Shown here piece after piece: positions 24,544 to 32,000 of a DNA stretch of 32,000 nt (position 1 is its first letter; each line of letters starts with the position of its first letter). The notes below the pieces were generated by a model. The model made no database searches. It had not been told where the DNA came from and saw only the letters and a program-made list of their open reading frames with translations. Made by a program: the position numbers and the translations under genes. The stretch is taken from contig OY969425.1 of NCBI GenBank assembly GCA_963699255.1, positions 1,620,001 to 1,652,000 on the forward strand, read 5' to 3'. This stretch comes from an uncultured bacterium (GTDB lineage: Bacteria; Margulisbacteria; WOR-1; CAVSGV01).

Positions 24544-25350
24544 ATGATGGACCAGGAAAAAACACTCACCAAAGAAGAGATATTCCATGACGGATGGGCG
24601 AACTCGATCGACGTCGACCGGCTTATGGTGGACGAGTCCTTCGAGGCCTGCACTGCCCCGGAGAACAGGCTCATAATGAAAAAGCTCGGCGACGTAAGGG
24701 GGAAGAATATCCTGGAGCTGGGATGCGGCGCGGGCGAGGCGGCGGTCTATTTCGCGAAAAAGGGCGCGCGTGTCACCGCCACCGACATATCGAACGGAAT
24801 GCTGGAAGTGGTCAAGAAGCTGGCGCGCAAGCACGGCGTGGAGGTGGAGACCCGGCAGAGCTATTCGCATACCATGCCGTTCGCCGACGGCACTTTTGAC
24901 ATAGTTTACGCGGCGAATCTTTTGCATCACGTGGACATAGAGAGCACTTTGAAGGAAGCGCGCAGGGTGCTTAAAAATGGAGGAGTTTTTGTGTCCTGGG
25001 ATCCCCTGGAGCACAATCCTTTGATCAAGCTTTACAGGAGGATTGCCACAAAGGTCAGGACCGAAGATGAACACCCCATTAAAACAAGCGACATTAAGAC
25101 CTTTAAGAGAATATTTTCAACGGTCGAGACCGACGCGACCTGGTTCTTTCCTCTGCTGATATTCGTGAAATTCTTCCTGGTCGACAGGATAAGCCCGAAC
25201 TCCGAAAGATACTGGAAGAAGATCATCGTTGAACATGAAAAACTCCAACGCGCGTACAATTTCCTGGAGAAGATGGATAAGGTCTTGTTCTCCGTTTTTC
25301 CTTTCATGAAGCGTTTCTGCTGGAACATCGTCGTGTTCGGGACAAAATAA
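24544..25350 (+). CDS. Class I SAM-dependent methyltransferase
   Basis: ILELGCGAGEAAVYFAKKGARVTATDIS, FDIVYAANLLHHV; adjacent to the GT2 stop with no gap. Confidence 0.88.
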   Translation: MMDQEKTLTKEEIFHDGWANSIDVDRLMVDESFEACTAPENRLIMKKLGDVRGKNILELGCGAGEAAVYFAKKGARVTATDISNGMLEVVKKLARKHGVEVETRQSYSHTMPFADGTFDIVYAANLLHHVDIESTLKEARRVLKNGGVFVSWDPLEHNPLIKLYRRIATKVRTEDEHPIKTSDIKTFKRIFSTVETDATWFFPLLIFVKFFLVDRISPNSERYWKKIIVEHEKLQRAYNFLEKMDKVLFSVFPFMKRFCWNIVVFGTK

Positions 25351-25352
25351 CC

Positions 25353-27125
25353 ATGAAAAACTATTTTAGATTATTGAAATACGTTAAGCCCTACACAGGA
25401 CTGCTGTTGCTGGGATTCCTATGCTCTACCGCGCTTTCTTCAATAAGTGTAATGGTAATACCTATTGTTGGGAAACTCTCGGAAGCTATCGGAGTGAAGA
25501 ATTTCGCGCAATTGAACATGTTTATAGCCGCGGCGATAGGGCTTTATTTTTTAAGGGGGATTTTTTCTTTCGGGCAGGCCTATTTTATCTCTCATGCCGA
25601 TCAAGGCATAACAAAAGATCTCAGGCTTCAAGTATTTGAGCATCTCCAAAACCTCTCCTTGGATTTTTATTCAAAGACCAGGACCGGCGAAATAATAACG
25701 ATAATGATGAATGACATCAATATGATGCAGAATGTCATCATTGATTCCTTTACTTCCATTATCCCAAATATCATGACGATAGTAGGAGTGGCCGGATACC
25801 TTCTTTTTCTGGACTGGCGGTTAACGCTTGTTTCAATATTCATGCTTCCGGTCATCACCATCGTTTCAACTGGTTTCAGCAATCAGGCACGAGCTGTGGC
25901 AACGCAGACCCAGGAAAAAATATCCGACATAACTTCCGTTCTGCATGAAGTGGTGACCGGGGCAAAGATCGTGAAATCTTTTACCATGGAAAAGGAAGAA
26001 ATCAAAAAGTTTGAACATGTGTCAGAACATATGAAGCAATTCGCACTGAATGCGAGCATTTTAAGGGCTGCTCAAGCCCCGTTATTCAATTTCCTGCAGG
26101 CTATCGCCGCTGTGATAGTGATATGGGTCGGCGGGTTTGAGATCGTTTCAGGCAGGATTACCGCCACCAATTTAATTGCGTTCTTTTCTGGTGTACTTAT
26201 GCTTGGTGATCCCATCGGTGGCTTAAGCGGGCTGAATGTCACCATCCAAATAGCTTTGGTTTCCGCTAAAAGGGTTTTTAATGTTCTTGACACAAGGCCA
26301 ACCGTAAGCGAGGCAACAGATGCAAAAGATGTCAGCATTTTAAACGGAGAGGTTGTTTTTAATGACGTATCCTTTAAGTATGAGTCAAACAACGATCTTG
26401 TCCTTAGGAACATAAACATGAGTTGCAGGGCGGGTGAGGTCATCGCCATAGTGGGACATTCGGGTGCGGGAAAGAGTACTCTGGTCAGCCTGATCCCGCG
26501 GTTTTATGATCCTTTAAAAGGGGAAGTCATTATAGATGGCCATAATGTCAAAGAATATAAGATTATGTCTTTCAGGAAATTCATCGGGATAGTTCCCCAG
26601 GAAACGCTGCTTTTTTCCGGCACGATTAAGGATAACATAGCTTATGGAAGGATGAGTGCGACTGATAAAGAGGTAGAGGAAGTGGCAAAGATGGCGAATG
26701 CTCATGATTTTATCATGTCATTTCCTGAACAATACAACACTATCATCGGGGAGAAAGGCATCAGATTGTCCGGCGGGGAGCGTCAGCGCATAGCGATAGC
26801 AAGGGCTTTTTTAAGGGATCCGAAGATATTGATACTTGATGAAGCCACGTCATCGCTTGATTCAGAATCTGAAAATCTTGTGCAGCAGGCCTTGGAAAAA
26901 TTGATGAAGGGCAGGACCACATTTGTCATCGCTCACAGGTTGTCTACCGTTAAATTCGCGAACAGGATCATAGTAATTGATAAGGGTGCAATCGTTGAAG
27001 AAGGGACGCATGAGGAATTGATCAATAAAGAAGGTGGCACTTATAAAAAACTTCACGATATGCAATTGGGAAAATCGGAACCGGGAAACATAGTGGACAA
27101 CTTGGGCAAAGTTTACGCAAATTAA
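25353..27125 (+). CDS. MsbA-like ABC exporter (fused TMD-NBD)
   Basis: ABC transmembrane domain; AIVGHSGAGKSTLVSLIPRFYDP Walker A, LSGGERQRIAIARAFLRDPKILILDEATSSLD signature/Walker B. Confidence 0.93.
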   Translation: MKNYFRLLKYVKPYTGLLLLGFLCSTALSSISVMVIPIVGKLSEAIGVKNFAQLNMFIAAAIGLYFLRGIFSFGQAYFISHADQGITKDLRLQVFEHLQNLSLDFYSKTRTGEIITIMMNDINMMQNVIIDSFTSIIPNIMTIVGVAGYLLFLDWRLTLVSIFMLPVITIVSTGFSNQARAVATQTQEKISDITSVLHEVVTGAKIVKSFTMEKEEIKKFEHVSEHMKQFALNASILRAAQAPLFNFLQAIAAVIVIWVGGFEIVSGRITATNLIAFFSGVLMLGDPIGGLSGLNVTIQIALVSAKRVFNVLDTRPTVSEATDAKDVSILNGEVVFNDVSFKYESNNDLVLRNINMSCRAGEVIAIVGHSGAGKSTLVSLIPRFYDPLKGEVIIDGHNVKEYKIMSFRKFIGIVPQETLLFSGTIKDNIAYGRMSATDKEVEEVAKMANAHDFIMSFPEQYNTIIGEKGIRLSGGERQRIAIARAFLRDPKILILDEATSSLDSESENLVQQALEKLMKGRTTFVIAHRLSTVKFANRIIVIDKGAIVEEGTHEELINKEGGTYKKLHDMQLGKSEPGNIVDNLGKVYAN

Positions 27126-27147
27126 GATATAAAAGAGGTTGGTTAGA

Positions 27148-28512
27148 TTGAGCAGAAAAATCATTTTTACGGGAGAAAGAATAATCCCGGATCAAGTTGA
27201 CGATGATCTGTATAATGAGCATATTTCGCGCTATCTTTTTGCCAAAAGATATTTAAAAGGGAAAGTTGTTTTAGATGCTGGCTGCGGGGTGGGTTATGGA
27301 GCATATGAAGCCCGAAAAGCCGCAAAAAAGATATATGGGATTGACATATCAAAGGAATCTATCGAATATGCGAAGCGAAAATATTCTTCTACAAATATTT
27401 GTTTTGAAGTTGGAGATGTTAAAAAGCTAAGATTCAAAGACAATTTCTTTGATGTGATCCTTTCCTTTGAGGTAATAGAGCATCTCTCAAGGCAGGATAT
27501 TTACCTTGAGGAAATGAGGAGGGTTCTGAAGAAAAAAGGCTTGTTCTTTGTGTCTACCCCGAACAAAATCTATTATTCTAAAGAAGGGCGACCAAAAAAC
27601 CCTTTTCATACAAAGGAGTTTAATTTAAAGGAATTCAGCGGAATATTATCCAAACAGTTTAAATATGTATCAATATACAACCAGAACCACAATGCCGTAA
27701 TATCGATCTCCCCACAAAAACAGGGCACTTCCACGGCTGACATTGAAATTTGTGACGCGTCAAAAATCTCGCCGATAATGGATAATTATTTTATCGCGGT
27801 TTGTTCAAATGCCCCTATCGGCAAAAAAACGCGAAAAGACTTTATTTATTTGCCCCATAAGGGGAACATTATTTATGAAAGGACAAAATGGGCAAGGAGC
27901 CTTGATGAAAAACTTAAAAGAGGTGCTAAGTATATAGAAAAACTGCAGAAGGGGTTTGATGAAAAAGCCGCATGGGCAAACAATTTAAACAAAGAATTGA
28001 CGATAACGAAGAAAAATGCGGCAAGGTTACGCAAAGAATTTGATGAGAAAGCCGTATGGGCGAACAGTTTAAACAAAGAATTGACGATAATGAAGAAAAA
28101 TGCGGCAAGGTTACGCAAAGAATTTGATGAGAAAGTCGCATGGGCAAACAGTATAAACAAGGAGCTTGCTGAATCGAAGGGATACGCGGAGGGGTTAAGG
28201 ATAGGGCTTGATAATAAATCTCTGCTTGTGGAGAGCCTGAGGAAGGAATTAGACAGGATAGAAGAATTGAACGCAGAACTTGATTGTGAGCAATGCAGGA
28301 TTAAAAAGTCCCTATTTTATAAAGTGCATCTTTCATTTTTGTTTGTGTCAAATAATATCCATCGGCTTTTGGCCAGAAATAGGATTGTAAATTCTGCTGC
28401 TTCGACCGTTTTTCTTTTTGTTTATTTTGTCTTTAAAAATATTTTCATTCCATTTAGGTTGAATAAAGCAAAAAGCATCGCCAAAAAGGTGTTCTTGGAT
28501 GACGCCCGATAA
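27148..28512 (+). CDS. Class I SAM methyltransferase with C-terminal repetitive coiled coil and a hydrophobic C-terminal segment
   Basis: VVLDAGCGVGYGAYEARK, DVILSFEVIEHL, LFFVSTPNK. From about residue 250, heptad-like charged sequence with tandem 28-aa units; near the C-terminus SAASTVFLFVYFVFKNIFIPF. TTG start at 27148 fits RBS AAGAGG better than TTG 27139. Confidence 0.85.
   Translation: MSRKIIFTGERIIPDQVDDDLYNEHISRYLFAKRYLKGKVVLDAGCGVGYGAYEARKAAKKIYGIDISKESIEYAKRKYSSTNICFEVGDVKKLRFKDNFFDVILSFEVIEHLSRQDIYLEEMRRVLKKKGLFFVSTPNKIYYSKEGRPKNPFHTKEFNLKEFSGILSKQFKYVSIYNQNHNAVISISPQKQGTSTADIEICDASKISPIMDNYFIAVCSNAPIGKKTRKDFIYLPHKGNIIYERTKWARSLDEKLKRGAKYIEKLQKGFDEKAAWANNLNKELTITKKNAARLRKEFDEKAVWANSLNKELTIMKKNAARLRKEFDEKVAWANSINKELAESKGYAEGLRIGLDNKSLLVESLRKELDRIEELNAELDCEQCRIKKSLFYKVHLSFLFVSNNIHRLLARNRIVNSAASTVFLFVYFVFKNIFIPFRLNKAKSIAKKVFLDDAR
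27961..28212 (+). repeat. In-frame 84-bp (28-aa) tandem repeat, three units (third diverged in its second half)
   Basis: Units 27961-28044, 28045-28128, 28129-28212. Units 1 and 2 differ at 5 of 84 positions by eye; units are EKAAWANNLNKELTITKKNAARLRKEFD / EKAVWANSLNKELTIMKKNAARLRKEFD / EKVAWANSINKELAESKGYAEGLRIGLD. Confidence 0.95.
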
Positions 28513-29698
28513 AAGATTAAACATATTGTTCGTAACTGCAATGCTTCCGAGCAAAATGCACGGTGGCGGTGTTGTTATGCTTAATCTGATAAAGGAATTG
28601 TCAAAGTACAACGACATTTCACTGATCTCTTTTATTGATTTTGAAAAAGAAAGAGAATATATAAAGAACATAAAGCCATATGTTAAGAAAATCAGGATAT
28701 TTGAGAGGTGGTCGCAGAAAAAGCTTTTGGACAGGGGGGCGGATCTTGTTCCAGACGGCATCAGGACCGACTTCTATTGTCCGGAATTGGCGGAAGAAGT
28801 CAGCATTGAATTAAAAAGGAAAAAATATGATATTCTTCAGTTCGAATATTTACAAATGGCGATATACAAAGGCCTGTGTAGGATACCGAAAAGAATGAAA
28901 GTATTGATAACTGACCATGAAACAATTTGCGAGGCGTTCAGGCAAAGGATCAAGCTTTTTCCCCTCGGCATGTTCTGGAGCGATGTTAAAGAGTATTTGA
29001 GGTTTTTCCACTATGAAACCTCAGTATTAAAGCATTTCTCAAAGGTTTTTGTTTTTACCGAACAGGACGCGCTGAACCTGCTTAAATATTCCCCTGATAT
29101 AAATATTGCTATCCATCCTCTGGGGGTTGATTTTGATTATTTCTCAAGGGAGCTTGCGAAGGAGAAATTTCCTTCCCTTATATTTCTTGGCAATTATGAG
29201 CATTTCCCCAACCGGGAAGCTGTGGTTAATTTTAGCAAAAATCTATTCCCCAAGATCAAGGAAAAGTATCATGACATTAAATTTTATATTGTCGGTCATA
29301 TGCCTAGGAAAGAAATTTTGAAGCTTGCGGAAAACGATAAAAATATAATTGTGACCAATACGGTGGAAGATGTAAGGCCGTTCATACAGAGAGCGAGTAT
29401 ATTTGTGGCCCCGATCAAAAGCGGGACAGGCATGAGGTTAAAGGTTCTTGAGGCAATGGCCTCAAAAAAAGCAATTGTTTCCACGCGTCTTGGGTGCATG
29501 GGGATAAAGGCGGAGGACAAGAAGCATCTGCTGATAGCGAAAAATGATAATGAATTTATCGAAAACATTCTTTTATTACTTGAAAATGTACAGTTAAGAA
29601 AAGAACTGGGGCGTAATGCTTTTGAACTGGCAAAAAGTTATGACTGGAAAAATATAGCTCAGCAAAGGCAGAATGTATATTTAAAGCTTATGAAGTAA
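28499..29698 (+). CDS. GT4-type glycosyltransferase
   Basis: LNILFVTAMLPSKMHGGGVVMLNLI N-terminus; SLIFLGNYEHFPNREAVVNF; FVAPIKSGTGMRLKVLEAMASKKAIVSTRLG. Confidence 0.9.
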   Translation: MTPDKRLNILFVTAMLPSKMHGGGVVMLNLIKELSKYNDISLISFIDFEKEREYIKNIKPYVKKIRIFERWSQKKLLDRGADLVPDGIRTDFYCPELAEEVSIELKRKKYDILQFEYLQMAIYKGLCRIPKRMKVLITDHETICEAFRQRIKLFPLGMFWSDVKEYLRFFHYETSVLKHFSKVFVFTEQDALNLLKYSPDINIAIHPLGVDFDYFSRELAKEKFPSLIFLGNYEHFPNREAVVNFSKNLFPKIKEKYHDIKFYIVGHMPRKEILKLAENDKNIIVTNTVEDVRPFIQRASIFVAPIKSGTGMRLKVLEAMASKKAIVSTRLGCMGIKAEDKKHLLIAKNDNEFIENILLLLENVQLRKELGRNAFELAKSYDWKNIAQQRQNVYLKLMK

Positions 29699-29707
29699 GG
29701 AGACGCT

Positions 29708-31081
29708 ATGGAAACGCTGCCGATATCTATTGTAGTATTAAACTGGGACGGAAAGCATTTATTAGAAGCTAATCTTCCTTCAGTAATTAAAGCCGCAAGT
29801 TACTATCCAAATACCAGAGAAATTATTGTGGTTGACAATGGCAGTACGGATGACAGTGTTGCGTTTCTAAAATCCGCTTATCCGCAAATTAAGGTTCTCG
29901 AATTGCATAAAAATCTGAGATTCACAGGGGGGAACAACGCGGGAGTAGAATATGCAAGCGGTGATATTGTTATTTTATTGAACAATGACATGAGGGTTTC
30001 GGAAAACTTTATCCTGCCCCTCGTGGAAGGGTTCAAATATAATGACAATGTTTTTGCCGTCTCATCCCAAATATTTTTTCTGGATAAGGACAAGAGAAGG
30101 GAAGAGTCCGGATTGACAAAGGCCTGGTTCAGGAAGGGGTGGCTGTTGACCGGCCATGTCGTTGAACAGAAAATAATTGACAAGATGAACAATTATGAAT
30201 TCACTTTCTGGGCCGGCGGGGGATCAACCGCCTTCGACAGGAAAAAATTTCTTGGGATAAAACTGGATACTCTTTACGACCCGTTTTATTTGGAGGACAT
30301 AGACATTTCTTATCAGGCATGGAAAAGAGGATATGTTATCTTATTCTCGAAGGGCAGCGAAACATACCATATGCACAGGGCTACAAATCGTGTTAAGTTC
30401 GGGGATGATTATATTGACGCAATAAGGAAAAGAAACACTTTTCTGTTCATCTGGAAGAACATTACCGCTCCCGATCTGATCCGGCAGCATTTATTCCGTT
30501 TGCCCCACATTATATCCAGTTCCATTAAAGAAGGGGGGATTGGCGAGCTATTTATTTTTTTTAAAGCTTTGATGAAATTACCTGAATGCATGAAGAAAAG
30601 ATATGAAAGTAAAAAGTATTATAAGCTAAGTGATGAGGATATTTTTAATGTATTTTCTGCGGATGGCAAACCCAAAAACACCAATTCTATTGATTTTTCT
30701 TTAGGTGATTTTAATGAAAACATTGGCGGTGACTGGCATAACAGAGAACTAAATTATCGATGGGTAGGGAAAAAATCGGTTTGTTATCTTTTTTCTGAAG
30801 ATAGAATGAAAAAGCTGATAGTGAAGGGTTATTGTGGGATACCGGAGCCGATTTTTAAAGGGAGAGAATTTATTTTGTCAATATTCATTAACAACAAACT
30901 GATGGTAAGAGAACCATTGCAAAATGGAGAGATCAATATTGAGTGTGATATCCATCAAATTAAAAAGCAGATGAATGAAATTGTTTTTAGTATGAATAAT
31001 ACTTTTAATTCAAAAAAAGCAGGCATTGGTGAAGATGAGAGAGATTTAGGCGTTATTATAAATAAGGTCGAAATGATTTAG
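29708..31081 (+). CDS. Family 2 glycosyltransferase with an extra C-terminal domain of about 120 aa
   Basis: PISIVVLNWDGKHLLEANLPSV, IIVVDNGSTDDSV, YASGDIVILLNNDMRVSENF, GGSTAFDRKKFLGI, DPFYLEDIDISYQAWKRG; C-terminal GGDWHNRELNYRWVGKKS... region. Confidence 0.9.
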   Translation: METLPISIVVLNWDGKHLLEANLPSVIKAASYYPNTREIIVVDNGSTDDSVAFLKSAYPQIKVLELHKNLRFTGGNNAGVEYASGDIVILLNNDMRVSENFILPLVEGFKYNDNVFAVSSQIFFLDKDKRREESGLTKAWFRKGWLLTGHVVEQKIIDKMNNYEFTFWAGGGSTAFDRKKFLGIKLDTLYDPFYLEDIDISYQAWKRGYVILFSKGSETYHMHRATNRVKFGDDYIDAIRKRNTFLFIWKNITAPDLIRQHLFRLPHIISSSIKEGGIGELFIFFKALMKLPECMKKRYESKKYYKLSDEDIFNVFSADGKPKNTNSIDFSLGDFNENIGGDWHNRELNYRWVGKKSVCYLFSEDRMKKLIVKGYCGIPEPIFKGREFILSIFINNKLMVREPLQNGEINIECDIHQIKKQMNEIVFSMNNTFNSKKAGIGEDERDLGVIINKVEMI

Positions 31082-31094
31082 ATGTAAGACTTTT

Positions 31095-31259
31095 GTTATG
31101 ATGTCGGCTTATAATGAGCAGAATGCTTCAAGTGCAGTATAATTGAAAGTCTGTTTTTTCGGGGCAAGACCAGATTACGAGAAGATTAAATTAATAATTG
31201 TTAGAAGCAAAAATATAGGTGGTGTTTGGGATGGATTTGCGTTTGGTTCAAAGGTTTAA
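31095..31259 (+). pseudogene. Decayed N-terminal fragment of a GT2-type glycosyltransferase
   Basis: VMMSAYNEQNASSAV*...DYEKIKLIIVRSKNIGG resembles GT2 openings (VVMSAYNEE...AIESLL.Q.YENFKLIIVDDGS). ATAATTGAAAGTCTG encodes IESL in another frame. Internal stop and shifts. Confidence 0.35.
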
Positions 31260-31261
31260 AT

Positions 31262-32000
31262 ATGAATTTTGAAGACTTTAAATATATTATTGTGGGTAGC
31301 GGTTTTTGGGGCAGTGTAATTGCAGAAAGAATTGCATCGGTTTTGAATGAACATGTTGTGATTCTTGAAAGGCGAAACCATGTAGGCGGGAATTCGTTTT
31401 CAAAAATACATAAAGAAACAGGGATTGAATACCATTGTTATGGGACGCATGTATTTCACACTTCTAATAAGAAGGTGTGGAACTATATAAGAACTTTTTC
31501 TGATTTTACTAATTATCAGCATAAAGTTTTTATTCAACACAAAAATCGCATATACAGTATGCCCATTAACTTGGCGACAATTAATGATTATTACGGGCTT
31601 AATTTAATGCCGTCTGAGATAAAAGCTTTTTTAAAAAAAGAGATAAATCGATCTGGCCATGTTTCATCTCCGTCAAATTTAGAAGACAAGGCAATATCAT
31701 TAATTGGTAAGCCCCTTTACGATTCCTTTATTCGAGGATATACATTTAAGCAATGGGGAACCGACCCTAAAAAATTACCCCCCGAAATATTTACTCGCCT
31801 CCCTGTTAGAGATAATTACAATATGAATTATTTTAATGATCCTTATCAAGGATTGCCTGAGTACGGTTACGCCAAATTATTTCAAAATATCCTGCTCAAT
31901 AAAAACATTCACGTCATGCTCAATACCGATTATTATAATGTCAAACACAAAATACCGAAAAGATGCAAGGTTATTTTTACTGGCGCAATAGATAAGCTTT
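31262..32000 (+). CDS. glf: UDP-galactopyranose mutase, 3' truncated by window end
   Basis: MNFEDFKYIIVGSGFWGSVIAERIASVLNEHVVILERRNHVGGN, YGTHVFHTSNKKVWNYI, GYTFKQWGTDPKKLPPEIFTRLPVR; open to 32000. Not in the ORF track. Confidence 0.93.
   Translation, partial: MNFEDFKYIIVGSGFWGSVIAERIASVLNEHVVILERRNHVGGNSFSKIHKETGIEYHCYGTHVFHTSNKKVWNYIRTFSDFTNYQHKVFIQHKNRIYSMPINLATINDYYGLNLMPSEIKAFLKKEINRSGHVSSPSNLEDKAISLIGKPLYDSFIRGYTFKQWGTDPKKLPPEIFTRLPVRDNYNMNYFNDPYQGLPEYGYAKLFQNILLNKNIHVMLNTDYYNVKHKIPKRCKVIFTGAIDKL

Noticed and set aside
27873-28160. Antisense ORFs with internal repeats (LRNLAAFFFIIVNSLFKLFAHT...)
   Set aside because: The repetition is only the reverse reading of the 84-bp tandem repeat in the methyltransferase gene.
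27961-28212. CRISPR-like array
   Set aside because: The repeats are contiguous 84-bp coding units with no unique spacers.

Overview
The window looks like a compact, moderately GC-rich bacterial chromosome segment. The gene style suggests a candidate-phylum Gram-negative, but I cannot assign taxonomy from sequence alone. From left to right:
(1) A zinc/manganese uptake locus: partial His/Cys-rich small protein, frameshifted porin, znuA-like and znuB-like genes. There is no ATPase gene in the window.
(2) A kdpFABC operon with kdpA frameshifted, plus a KdpD-like protein that stops before the histidine-kinase domain.
(3) A minus-strand run of rpsA(4xS1)-pyrE-pyrF joined by ATGA overlaps, with pcm upstream.
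(4) Agmatinase, gltX, an OM-barrel-like/SppA (S49) fusion, ftsL-like and rsmH, and a 51-aa membrane protein missing from the supplied ORF track.
(5) From about 19.98 kb to the window end, a one-direction surface-glycan or glycolipid cluster: radical SAM, a methyltransferase-SDR-SDR fusion, DPMS-like GT2, methyltransferase, MsbA-like ABC exporter, methyltransferase with an 84-bp/28-aa tandem coiled-coil repeat, GT4, GT2, a decayed GT2 remnant, and UDP-galactopyranose mutase (glf) running off the end.
The strongest items for follow-up are the repeat-bearing methyltransferase (a possible WbdD-like chain-length ruler by analogy), the tri-domain MTase-SDR-SDR enzyme, the KdpD without a kinase, the OMP-SppA fusion, and a multi-hairpin palindromic element upstream of kdpF. 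I saw no CRISPR array, transposase, tRNA or rRNA.
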